Source of the DNA: Octopus sinensis
Taxonomy: Eukaryota
NCBI RefSeq assembly: GCF_006345805.1
Contig: NW_021833924.1
Location: 29,337 to 93,336 of the forward strand
Direction: 5' to 3'
Length of the DNA stretch: 64,000 bases
Shown: one piece after another, positions 36,470-49,612 of the stretch
How the letters are laid out: every line of letters starts with the position of its first letter
How positions within the stretch are numbered: position 1 is the stretch's first letter
Translations under genes and position numbers: made by a program
Notes under the pieces: model-generated
Database searches by the model: none
What the model saw: only the letters and a program-made list of their open reading frames with translations
What the model was told of the DNA's origin: nothing

Positions 36470-39400
36470 CATATATACGACAGGCTTCTTTCAGTTTCCG
36501 TCTACCAAATCCACTCACAGGCTTTGGTCGGCCCGAGGCTATAGCAGAAGACACTTGCCCAAGATGCCACGCAGTGGGACTGAACCCAGAACCATGTGGT
36601 TGGTAAGCAAGCTACTTACCACACAGCCACTCCTATGTGTATATACGACGGGCTTCTTTCAGTTTCCGTCTACCAAATCCACTCACAAGGCATTGGTCGG
36701 CCCGAGGCTATAGCAGAAGACACTTGCCCAAGATGCCACGCAGTGGGACTGAACCCAGAACCATGGGTTGGTAAGCAAGCTACTTACCACACAGCCACTC
36801 CTATGTGTATATACGACGGGCTTCTTTCAGTTTCCGTCTACCAAATCCACTCCAAGGCATTGGTCGGCCGAGGCTATAGCAGAAGACACTTGCCCAAGAT
36901 GCCACGCAGTGGGACTGAACCCAGAACCATGTGGTTGGTAAGCAAGCTACTTACCACACAGCCACTCCTATGTGTATATACGACGGGCTTCTTTCAGTTT
37001 CCGTCTACCAATCCACTCACAAGGCATTGGTCGCCCGAGGCTATAGCAGAAGAACACTTGCCCAAGATGCCACGCAGTGGGACTGAACCCGAACCATGTG
37101 GTTGGTAAGCAAGCTACTTACCACACAGCCACTCCTATGTGTATATACGACAGGCTCTTTCAGTTTCTGTCGACCAAATCCACTCACAAGGCTTGGTCGG
37201 CCCAAGGCTATAGCAGAAGACACTTGCCCAAGATGCCACGCAGTGGGACTGAACCCAGAACCATGTGGTTGGTAAGCAAGCTACTTACCACACAGCCACT
37301 CCTATGTGTATATACGACGGGCTTCTTTCAGTTTCCGTCTACCAAATCCACTCACAAGGCATTGGTCGGCCCGAGGCTATAGCAGAAGACACTTGCCCAG
37401 ATGCCACGCAGTGGGACTGAACCCAGACCATGTGGTTGGTAAGCAGCTACTTACCACACAGCCACTCCTATGTGTATATACGACAGGCTTCTTTCAGTTT
37501 CTGTCGACCAAATCCACTCACAAGGCTTTGGTCGGCCCGAGGCTATAGCAGAAGACACTTGCCCAAGATGCCACGCAGTGGGACTGAACCCAGACCATGT
37601 GGTTGGTAAGCAGCTACTTACCACACAGCCACTCCTATGTGTATATACGACGGGCTTCTTTCAGTTTCCGTCTACCAAATCCACTCACAAGGCATTGGTC
37701 GGCCCGAGGCTATAGCAGAAGACACTTGCCCAAGATGCCACGCAGTGGGACTGAACCAGAACCATGTGGTTGGTAAGCAAGCTACTTACCACACAGCCAC
37801 TCCTATGTGTATATACGACAGGCTTCTTTCAGTTTCTGTCGACCAAATCCACTCACAAGGCTTTGGTCGGCCCAAGGCTATAGCAGAAGACACTTGCCAA
37901 GATGCCACGCAGTGGGACTGAACCCAGAACCATGTGGTTGGTAAGCAAGCTACTTACCACACAGCCACTCCTATGTGTATATACGACGGGCTTCTTTCAG
38001 TTTCCGTCTACCAAATCCACTCACAAGGCATTGGTCGGCCCGAGGCTATAGCAGAAGACACTTGCCCAAGATGCCACGCAGTGGGACTGAACCCAGAACC
38101 ATGTGGTTGGTAAGCAAGCTACTTACCACACAGCCACTCCTATGTGTATATACGACGGGCTTCTTTCAGTTTCCGTCTACCAAATCCACTCACAAGGCAT
38201 TGGTCGGCCCGAGGCTATAGCAGAAGACACTTGCCCAAGATGCCACGCAGTGGGACTGAACCCGGAACCATGTGGTTGGTAAGCAAGCTACTTACCACAC
38301 AGCCACTCCTATGTGTATATACGACAGGCTTCTTTCAGTTTCTGTCGACCAAATCCACTCACAAGGCTTGGTCGGCCCAAGGCTATAGCAGAAGACACTT
38401 GCCCAAGATGCCACGCAGTGGGACTGAACCCAGAACCATGTGGTTGGTAAGCAAGCTACTTACCACACAGCCACTCCTATGTGTATATACGACGGGCTTC
38501 TTTCAGTTTCCGTCTACCAAATCCACTCACAAGGCATTGGTCGGCCCGAGGCTATAGCAGAAGACACTTGCCCAAGATGCCACGCAGTGGGACTGACTGA
38601 ACCCAGAACCATGTGGTTGGTAAGCAAGCTACTTACCACACAGCCACTCCTATGTGTATATACGACAGGCTTCTTTCAGTTTCTGTCGACCAAATCCACT
38701 CACAAGGCTTTGGTCGGCCCGAGGCTATAGCAGAAGACACTTGCCCAAGATGCCACGCAGTGGGACTGAACCCAGAACCATGTGGTTGGTAAGCAAGCTA
38801 CTTACCACACAGCCACTCCTATGTGTATATACGACGGGCTTCTTTCAGTTTCCGTCTACCAAATCCACTCACAAGGCATTGGTCGGCCCGAGGCTATAGC
38901 AGAAGACACTTGCCCAAGATGCCACGCAGTGGGACTGAACCCAGAACCATGTGGTTGGTAAGCAAGCTACTTACCACACAGCCACTCCTATGTGTATATA
39001 CGACAGGCTTCTTTCAGTTTCTGTCGACCAAATCCACTCACAAGGCTTTGGTCGGCCCAAGGCTATAGCAGAAGACACTTGCCCAAGATGCCACGCAGTG
39101 GGACTGAACCCAGAACCATGTGGTTGGTAAGCAAGCTACTTACCACACAGCCACTCCTATGTGTATATACGACGGGCTTCTTTCAGTTTCCGTCTACCAA
39201 ATCCACTCACAAGGCATTGGTCGGCCCGAGGCTATAGCAGAAGACACTTGCCCAAGATGCCACGCAGTGGGACTGAACCCGGAACCATGTGGTTGGTAAG
39301 CAAGCTACTTACCACACAGCCACTCCTACACCTATATATATACATATATACGACAGGCTTCTTTCAGTTTCTGTCGACCAATCCACTCACAAGGCTTGGT

Positions 39401-41445
39401 CGGCCCAAGGCTATAGCAGAAGACACTTGCCCAAGATGCCACGCAGTGGGACTGAACCCAGAACCATGTGGTTGGTAAGCAAGCTACTTACCACACAGCC
39501 ACTCCTACACCTATATATATACATATATACGACGGGCTTCTTTCAGTTTCTGTCGACCAAATCCACTCACAAGGCTTTGGTCGGCCCTAGGCTATAGCAG
39601 AAGACACTTGCCAAGATGCCACGCAGTGGGACTGAACCCAGAACCATGTGGTTGGTAAGCAAGCTACTTACCTCACAGCCACTCCTACACCTATATATAT
39701 ACATATATACGACAGGCTTCTTTCAGTTTCTGTCGACCAAATCCACTCACAAGGCTTTGGTCGGCCAAGGCTATAGCAGAGACACTTGCCCAAGATGCCA
39801 CGCAGTGGGACTGAACCCAGAACCATGTGGTTGGTAAGCAAGCTACTTACCACACAGCCACTCTATGTGTATATACGACGGGCTTCTTTCAGTTTCCGTC
39901 TACCAAATCCACTCACAAGGCATTGGTCGGCCCGAGGCTATAGCAGAAGACACTTGCCCAAGATGCCACGCAGTGGGACTGAACCCGGAACCATGTGGTT
40001 GGTAAGCAAGCTACTTACCACACAGCCACTCCTACACCTATATATATACATATATACGACAGGCTTCTTTCAGTTTCTGTCGACCAAATCCACTCACAAG
40101 GCTTGGTCGGCCCAAGGCTATAGCAGAAGACATTTGCCCAAGATGCCACGCAGTGGGACTGAACCCAGAACCATGTGGTTGGTAAGCAAGCTACTTACCA
40201 CACAGCCACTCCTACACCTATATATATACATATATACGACGGGCTTCTTTCAGTTTCTGTCGACCAAATCCACTCACAAGGCTTTGGTCGCCCAAGGCTA
40301 TAGCAGAAGACACTTGCCCAAGATGCCACGCAGTGGGACTGAACCCAGAACCATGTGGTTGGTAAGCAAGCTACTTACCTCACAGCCACTCCTACACCTA
40401 TATATACATATATACGACAGGCTTCTTTCAGTTCTGTCGACCAAATCCACTCACAAGGCTTGGTCGGCCCAAGCTATAGCAGAAGACACTTGCCCAAGAT
40501 GCCACGCAGTGGGACTGAACCCAGAACCATGTGGTTGGTAAGCAAGCTACTTACCACACAGCCACTCCTACACCTATATATATACATATATACGACAGGC
40601 TTCTTTCAGTTTCTGTCGACCAAATCCACTCACAAGGCTTTGGTCGCCCAAGGCTATAGCAGAAGACACTTGCCAAGATGCCACGCAGTGGGACTGAACC
40701 CAGAACCATGTGGTTGGTAAGCAAGCTACTTACCACACAGCCACTCCTATGTGTATATACGACAGGCTTCTTTCAGTTTCTGTCGACCAAATCCACTCAC
40801 AAGGCTTTGGTCGGCCCGAGGCTATAGCAGAAGACACTTGCCCAAGATGCCACGCAGTGGGACTGAACCAGAACCATGTGGTTGGTAAGCAAGCTACTTA
40901 CCACACAGCCACTCTATGTGTATATACGACGGGCTTCTTTCAGTTTCCGTCTACCAAATCCACTCACAAGGCATTGGTCGGCCCGAGGCTATAGCAGAAG
41001 ACATTTGCCCAAGATGCCACGCAGTGGGACTGAACCCAGAACCATGTGGTTGGTAAGCAAGCTACTTACCACACAGCCACTCCTACACCTATATATATAC
41101 ATATATACGACAGGCTTCTTTCAGTTTCCGTCGACCAAATCCACTCACAAGACTTTGGTCGGCCCAAGCTATAGCAGAAGACACTTGCCCAAGATGCCAC
41201 GCAGTGGGACTGAACCCAGAACCATGTGGTTGGTAAGCAAGCTACTTACCACACAGCCACTCCTACACCTATATATATACATATACGACAGGCTTCTTTC
41301 AGTTTCCGTCTACCAAATCCACTCACAAGGCATTGGTCGGCCCGAGGCTATAGCAGAAGACATTTGCCCAAGATGCCATGCAGTGGGACTGAACCCAGAA
41401 CCATGTGGTTGGTAAGCAAGCTACTTACCACACAGCCACTCCTGC
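36470..41445 (-). repeat. Tandem array (~29 x 169-184 bp) of the family-A SINE head
   Basis: Same unit; two sequence variants and two linker lengths. Confidence 0.92.
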
Positions 41446-41887
41446 GCCTATTTATGTTACTAATTATGTTACACAATTTTTCCCCTGGATGTCATAAAAA
41501 GGGCAATTAAAAGAGGTTCAGGTGGGACTTGCTCTCTGTCCTCGTGAATTCCTCACCACCAACAACTATGCAAAATTGACTCATGGGTTGGAGGGTCCTC
41601 ACCTGGGTGCTAAACAGGTGTCATTTGCCAAGAGTAAGGGTTCACCAATGAATGGTGGATGCATGCCACCATATTATATTATACAATTAATTAATCAAAT
41701 TGTAATTCATTAATTAATTATTATACCCTCGAATGGTGCTTTTTATGTGCCACCTGCACAGGAGCCAGTCTAGCATCACTGGCAATTACTTCGCTTGAAT
41801 GTTTCTTCATGTGCCACCGGCACAAGTGCCAGGAAGGTGACGCTGGTAATGATCACACTTGAATGGTGCTTTTTACGTACCACCGGC

Positions 41888-43237
41888 ATCTTGGATGTTT
41901 TATAGGAATATTAGATTCACCCCAGTATATCACTGCTACTTTATTTTATCAACCCCACAACAATAAAAGGTAAAGTTAGTGTTAGTCTTCTATTATAATT
42001 CCATTGACATCTCAGATGTTTTATAGGAATATTAAATCTACCCCAGTATATCACTGCTACTTTATTTTATCAACCCCACAACAATAAAAGGTAAAGTTAG
42101 TGTTAGTCTTCTATTATAATTCCATTGACATCTCAGATGTTTTATAGGAATATTAAATCTACCCCAGTATATCACTGCTACTTTATTTTATCAACCCCAC
42201 AACAATAAAAGGTAAAGTTAGTGTTAGTCTTCTATTATAATTCCATTGACATCTCGGATGTTTTATAGGAATATTAAATGTACCCCAGTATATCACTGCT
42301 ACTTTATTTTATCAACCCCACAACAATGAAAGGTAAAGTTAGTGTTAGTCTTCTATTATAATTCCATTGACATCTCGGATGTTTTATAGGAATATTAAAT
42401 GTACCCCAGTATATCACTGCTACTTTATTTTATCAACCCCACAACAATGAAAGGTAAAGTTAGTGTTAGTCTTCTATTATAATTCCATTGAAATCTTGGA
42501 TGCTTTATAGGAATATTAAATCTACCCCAGTATATCACTGCTACTTTATTTTATCAACCCCACAACAATAAAAGGTAAAGTTAGTGTTAGTCTTCTATTA
42601 TAATTCCATTGAATATGGATGTTTTATAGGAATATTAAATCTACCCCAGTATATCACTGCTACTTTATTATCAACCCCACAACAATAAAAGGTAAAGTTA
42701 GTGTTAGTCTTCTATTATAATTCCATTGAAATCTTGATGCTTTATAGGAATATAAATCTACCCCAGTATATCACTGCTACTTTATTTTATCAACCCCACA
42801 ACAATAAAAGGTAAAGTTAGTGTTAGTCTTCTATTATAATTCCATTGAAATCTTGGATGCTTTATAGGAATATTAAATCTACCCCAGTATATCACTGCTA
42901 CTTTATTTTATCAACCCCACAACAATGAAAGGTAAAGTTAGTGTTAGTCTTCTATTATAATTCCATTGAAATCTTGGATGCTTTATAGGAATATTAAATC
43001 TACCCCAGTATATCACTGCTACTTTATTTTATCAACCCCACAACAATAAAAGGTAAAGTTAGTGTTAGTCTTCTATTATAATTCCATTGAAATCTTGGAT
43101 GCTTTATAGGAATATTAAATGTACCCCAGTATATCACTGCTACTTTATTTTATGAACCCCACAACAATGAAAGGTAAAGTTAGTGTTAGTCTTCTATTAT
43201 AATTCCATTGATGTCTTGGATGTTTTATAGGAATATT
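41888..43237. repeat. ~11 x 120-bp minisatellite (resumes degenerately at 43662-43760)
   Basis: Unit atcttggatgttttataggaatattaaatctaccccagtatatcactgctac...attccattga. Confidence 0.92.
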
Positions 43238-43661
43238 GGATCTTTTCGGTTTGAACGGCAGTTTTTTCTAGCGGTGTCATATGAAATTGTCACCCATAAT
43301 TATGACCCTAGTATCGATCCTATTACATTTCAATCTGTTTTAGGGTTAAGATTAGAGTTAGGGGTGGGTGGAAGGGTATCTTTTTTTCTTCAGAAATGTA
43401 AGTAAACCCAATCTGTTTCCTAAACGAGGGACATATTCATATGGCACAGAATGTTTTCACCTCAATAGACGTCAGTGATTGGTTGAAATTGCAGAAATTG
43501 AAGAAAAACAACAACAAATATCTTACAAACTATAGAATTTTCTCAATAAAGCCAAGAGAAAAAGATGTTTTGTAAACACATTCTACCAGTAGAGGAAGTT
43601 TAAAATTTTTTAGTTAAGTGGAAATTATTTTAAAAAACTGCCGTTCAGACTGAAAAGATCC
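43238..43661. mobile_element. 424-bp MITE with ~30-bp TIRs
   Basis: GGATCTTTTCGGTTTGAACGGCAGTTTTTT ... AAAAAACTGCCGTTCAGACTGAAAAGATCC; flanks ggaatatt / gaaatatt. Confidence 0.85.
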
Positions 43662-44509
43662 GAAATATTAAATCTACCCCAGTATTTTATCCACCCCACA
43701 ATGACGGAAGATAAAGATAGTCTTTTTTTATAATTCTGTTTACATGTCGGTTGTTTACAGGAAATTTAAAATATTCTTATGTGACCTAGGATATCTGCTT
43801 CTGTGTGTGTCAGTGTGTCACAGTCACAGTGTCCCAGACATATGACTATGCTGGAATGTCTGGTTTGTCGACAGGTACAACCTACTGCTCACAAGTGTAA
43901 GCCAGTACACTTTACAAGAAGTTTTGGTCGGTGACTGACTGAACGGTGACCCCCCCACCATGCCCACCCCAAAGGTTGTTGGCTGAGAGATGTGGTTTTT
44001 GAATGCTTTACTCTTTTACCCTTTTACTTGTTTCAGTCCATTTGACTGCGGCCATGCTGGAGCACCACCTATAGTCAAGAAAATCGATCCCAGGACTTAT
44101 TCTTTGTAAGCCTAGTACTTATTCTATCGGTCTCTTTCGCCGAACCGCTAAGTTATGGGGGACGTAAACATGGGTAGTGGCTGAGAGAAAATGATCACAA
44201 AAACAAGCAGACACATTCCTATGATGAGAATCCTTTCCACTGGATGGGATGCTAGTCCATCACAAGTTTAACTTTCCGTGTATTGCTAAATCTGAGTTGC
44301 AGCTGAGTGGACTGTGGCAATATGAAATGAAGTGTTTTGCTCCAAAACACCATGCACCATCCAGTCGAGGAATCGAAACCACAATCTTATGATTTCAACA
44401 CCCCTCCTGGATAGGATGCTAGTCCGCGGCAGGGTTAACTTCCCAGCTTTTGCTTGAACTCATTCATGGCTGAGTGAACTGCAGCAAAGTAAGTACACCG
44501 GCTGAAATG

Positions 44510-45030
44510 CGTAGCAGTATTTTGTCTGTCTTTGCATTCTGAGTTCAAATTCCACCGAGGTCGACTTTGCTTTTCATCCTTTCAGGGTTGATAAATTAAG
44601 TACCAGTTACGCACTGGGGTCGATGTAATCGACTTAATCCGTTTGTCTGCTGTCCTTCTTTGTCCTCTCTGTGTTTAGCCCCTTGTGGGTAATAAAGAAA
44701 CAGGTATTTAATCTGCCACTACGTTCCGAGTTCAAATTCCGCTAAGGTCGACTTTGCCTTTCATCCTTTCGAGGTCGATAAATTAAGTACCAGTTATGCA
44801 CTGGGGTCGATGTAATCAACTTAATCCGTTTGTCTGCCCTTGTTTGTCCCCTCTATGTTTAGCCCCTTGTGGGTTATAAAGAAACAGGTATTTCATCTGC
44901 CACTACGTTCCGAGTTCAAATTCCGCTAAGGTCGACTTTGCCTTTCATCCTTTCGAGGTTGATAAATTAAGTACCAGTGAAAAACAGGGGTCGATGTAAT
45001 TGACTATTTCCCTTGCCCAAATTCCAGGCG
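44510..45030 (+). repeat. ~3 tandem units of a second SINE family (B) central region
   Basis: gagttcaaattccgc..ggtcgactttgcctttcatcctttcg.ggtcgataaattaagtaccag repeated. Confidence 0.8.
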
Positions 45031-45326
45031 TTGTGCATCCAGTAGAAAGGATTATTATCAAAAAAAAAAAGAAGTAATATAAAAGGAGAAAGGGGCTCTC
45101 GACCCCTTTTTGACCAGGCTCCTGTGGATTTTATGGGTTTTTTCCATGAGTAACCTATCGAAGTGCCTCCCCCTATTGAGAGTTTTACTTGTTATATATA
45201 TTTTCGTTGTTATTTAAATGTTTACGTGGACCATTCTATCGGACAAAACCCTTTGTAATTTTCGTCCTGTGTTTGTCCTTACATGTTTCTTTAATTTTTG
45301 TTAGCCCTTGTGGCCAATAAACCAGA

Positions 45327-45357
<31 letters not shown>

Positions 45358-45911
45358 GTGTGAGAGAGCAGTGCATGCCATCAAAGAGACACTGGGATAA
45401 AATATACGAAGCCCAATATACCCATCATGACTACCTGTCTGATAAAGGTACACCAGGCACATGCATCACAACCATATGTGCGCGACATGGTGATCTCATA
45501 TCAAGATAAACAGCACATGACTTTGCAGGTGGGGCCCAGTTAGAATTTTCTTCAAGTTGAGTAGCCCATCCCGCTCAAAAGGTCCCTGAATAAGGGTTGT
45601 TTAAGGATGTTGAAAGAACCACCCATGTTTCCAGAGGTGAATTATTCAAACCCCAAAGAATCCCTCTCAACACATGGCTATGATGCTCTCCCACTACTTC
45701 TGCTCGTGATCAGAGATGCACATATCGTCAGCCACTAAGGGACATGCTCAACTGGTTAAGGTCAAACAACTGACAAGCAAATCTGTGGTATTGAGCAGAA
45801 TATTTGCTGTAGCCCATCTTTTATACCAAGACAAAACAATGTACATGATAACACTTCCAATCAGTTAAGATCAGAAGCCATGAGAGCCACTGCCTGGTAC
45901 TGCATCAGGGC

Positions 45912-45950
<39 letters not shown>

Positions 45951-47389
45951 GCAAGGCAGCAAGCTGGCAGAGTCTTTAGCACACTGGACGAAACACTTAG
46001 CGGTAATTCACTTGCTACTGCGTTCTGAGGTCAAACTCTGCTGAGGTCGACTTTGCCTTTCATCCATTCGGGGTCGATAAATTAGGTACCAGTTGCATCC
46101 TGGGGTCGATCTAATGGACTGGCCCCCTCCTCCAAAATGTCAGGCCTTGTGCCTAGAACTGGAGCAAAGTAAAAAAAAAAAAGTGCTTTGCTCAAGAACA
46201 CACTGCGTTACCTGCACCAGGGATTGAACCCACAATCTTAAGATTGTGAGTGCAAACACCTGAACCACTATGCCACGTGACTTAATCAAACAAGCTGGTG
46301 AAAAAACTATTTAAAAAACAAATATGGGTCCCAGCTCATTTTGCAGAAGGTTAATAGTTAGGAATAGGGGCTGAAATATTTTCCAGTTCTGGCCCTGAAA
46401 TCCTGGCTGTAGCTTTGCGACGGAACCGTTGCCAAGTAAAGCAGGAAAGTGTCGACACTGACTTAACTGTTGTTTCTCCATGCAGATGGCGACCCGGAGT
46501 AATCGCTGCTCCGAACGGTTCCACTTGAACTATTTTGCTTGGGTGAACAAACAACAGATTCCGTGTTCTTCACCTTGCTGCTACTGCTGCTGTTTCACGG
46601 TTCAATGGTTAGCGGTGCAGTGGTGGGTGGAGGTGGTGTGGGGTGTGGTGTGGTGGTGGTGGTGGTGGTGGTGGTGGTGGTGGTGGTGGTGGTGGTGGGG
46701 GTTGGCGCTGACTACCCACCTGTGAAAATAATTGGTCTTAAAATTGAATCTGCTCCATGGATGGTGCCATGGCGGAGGTGGAGGAAGGGGCACAATGGTT
46801 GTAGAGGGTGTTGATTGATTTGTGTGTATGTGTGTGTGTATATATGTGTATATATATATATATATATGTGCATATGTATATATATAAATGTGTGTATATA
46901 TGTGTATGTATATATTTACATGTGTATATATATATGTATATATATGTGTGTATATATATATGTATATATGTGTATATATTATATATGTATATAAATGTTT
47001 GTGTGTGTATATATATATGTATATATATATATATGTGTGTGTGTATATATATATATATGTATATATATGTGTGTATATATGTGTATGTATATATTTACAT
47101 GTGTATATATATGTATGTATATGTGGTATATATATATGTATATATTATATATGTATATAAATGTTTGTGTATGCATATATATATGTATATATATATGTGT
47201 GTGTGTGTATATATGTATATATGTGTGTATATATATATGTGTGTATATATATATATATATGTATATATATATGTGTATATATGTATATATATATATATGT
47301 ATATATATGTGTGTATATATATATATGTGTGTATATATGTATATATATATATGTATATATATATGTGTATATATGTATATATATAAGAG

Positions 47390-47793
47390 CCTTTTAGATC
47401 TGATGTAGTGATTTTCTTTTGCTTTTTCTGACAAACTGACCTTTCCTCATCACATCTGATGTTTTCATGGAGAGCATTTCTGACGTTTCCTTCTGAAGCA
47501 TGGAGATCTTTTGCAATTGACCTCATGGACTTTCTGGGATTGTAATCAACGGTCCTTTGAACTTGCTGGATAAATTCAGATGTTCTGATGATTTCAGAGT
47601 GTTTAGAATGCTTTTTATGCTTTGATACTGGTGATACATTTCCATCTTCAGTCTCTAACTACTTACAAAACTTTGTGACGAAAAACCTGTCAACTTTGAA
47701 AACTCAAGATATTTCTAAATCCCTTTGCTCAGCCTTTATAACCACAATAACAGCATGCCTCTTCATTTCTTGAGTAAGCTGAGGGTCTGCCAT
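47390..47793 (-). pseudogene. Decayed Tc1/mariner-superfamily transposase N-terminus (maT/DD37D-like by recollection)
   Basis: MADPQLTQEMKRHAVIV...[43 protein letters not shown], then frameshifted [17 protein letters not shown]; two stops; no catalytic domain present. Confidence 0.75.
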
Positions 47794-48058
47794 TATTATT
47801 TTCTGAAACAAAGATTATATAGAGTTAGCAAAAAATGCATCAATGACCCCCAAAAAGGTATGTCCCCGATGGACCGTTAGCTCCTACACGCATTTTTTTC
47901 TCTCCTTGTTTCTTTTCTGTGTATCTTTCTGTCGAAGAGTGTAGGCTCGAAACGTAAAAGACTTGTTCTATTTCTATTCCTGAGCGCCATTCTAATACAT
48001 TGTTTGTTTGTACTCCACCTGCCTTCGTCTTTTGTTTATTTTCGTAAACCTTCCCGTT

Positions 48059-48091
<33 letters not shown>

Positions 48092-48949
48092 TATGCATGT
48101 ATATACCTATCATCATCATTTAACGTCCGCTTTCCATGGGTTGGACGGTTCAACTGGGGTCTGGGAAGCCAGAAGGCTGCATCAGGCCCAGTCTTATCTG
48201 GCAGTGTTTCTACGGCTGGATGCCCTTCCTAACGTCAACCACTCCGTGAGTGTAGTGGGTGCTTTTTACGTGCCACCCGCACAGGTGCCAGACGGAGCTG
48301 GCAAACGGCCATGGACGGATGGTGCTTTTTACATGCCACCAGCACAGGGGCTAGGTGAGGCTGGCAACAGCCACGATCGGATGGTGCTTTTTATGTGCCA
48401 CCGGCACGGAGGCCAGTCGGGGCATATATATATATGTATGTACATTCATTTATACATCCATTCTTCCCTGTATATGTATATATTCATATATACATTTACA
48501 TGCACATATATATACATATACATATGTGTATATATGTGTGTGGAGAAATGAATGTTAAAACAATGAGATGTCCATATATATGGCACCAAGCACTGGTGGT
48601 GGGGCCACATAAAAAGCAGAGGTGATGGTCCCATGTGGAAAACACTGGTGTTGGTGCCACATAAAAAAAGACTGGTGATGATGATGATGATAATGATGAG
48701 AAATAGTCTGTTGGTGATAACTATATACATCGATATATCACTAAACTTCCTAGACATGGATCAATATCCGACCCCAACCCAGCACCATTCTGGCTGCGTA
48801 TACCTACCACAATTCACCAACACAGGGTATATTTCAACATCTTTCCATCTTTTAAATGAAATAACGATAGTCTCGTTCCTATTTATGGTATTTCCTGATG
48901 CTAAAATACCCACTGGGAACGCAGTACATATTTACCACACTGTTTTTTC

Positions 48950-49540
48950 CCCCTCCAGATGTTCTAATAACATTTTAGGACCCTTCTATGCTTCTGTCCC
49001 CATTATAGATGGCCTGACGATGTTCTAGTCCCCTGTAAGTTAAAATTCTCTTTTTATAACCATTTCTGGACGTTCTAACGACAGTCTTGTACCCATTTAC
49101 GGCATTCTTCATTCTGGAAGTTCTTACGACAGTCTCGATCCAGTTTATGGCTTTTTCTCTTTACCTAGACATTCTAACGACTGTCTAGTACCTATTTACG
49201 TGAATGTTCCCTATTTATAGCCCTGTCTTCTTTGCTAAATGGTCTAACGACACTCCCGTGCCGGTTTGCGACACAATTCCCTATAAGGAACAGACTAACG
49301 ACAGTTCTATTCTTATTTACGACACAATTTCCCACTTGAATGTTCTAACGATGTATTCGAACTCAATTACGGCGCTATTCCCTACTTTGAACAGACTAAC
49401 GACGGTCCTGACCCTATTTATGGCAATATTTTCTTCCCTGGATGTTCTAACGACAGTGCTGTACCTGTTTATGACACCATTCCCTTTCTGCTTCTTACGA
49501 CAGTCCAGTTCCTATTTATGCCACAAAGTCCCACTCAGTC
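48950..49540. repeat. Highly diverged ~50-51-bp tandem repeat (~10 units)
   Basis: (T/A)CTAACGACAGT-like motif at about 49072, 49121, 49172, 49243, 49293, 49343, 49395, 49445 and 49494. Confidence 0.7.
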
Positions 49541-49612
49541 TTTTTGAGTGCAACTCAAAAAGCCATTTGGGACAAAATAAGTTCAATGTGTGTTTTTTTT
49601 AATATAAATCTA

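Larger units (their letters stand above)
30831..36640. repeat. ~3.4-kb tandem segmental duplication (30831-33240 repeated at about 34241-36640)
   Basis: Same order of fold-back, SINE, AT-rich element, GC-rich repeat element and SINE array; copies differ mostly by 1-bp indels. Confidence 0.9.

Noticed and set aside
33007-41510. Many recurring ORFs (RRHLPKMPRSGTEPRTMWLVSK...)
   Set aside because: Translations of the non-coding SINE head.
47925-47970. Plus-strand gtcgaagagtgtaggctcgaaacgtaaaaga hammerhead-like motif
   Set aside because: Core reads TCGAAGA and stem II overlaps the core; degenerate.
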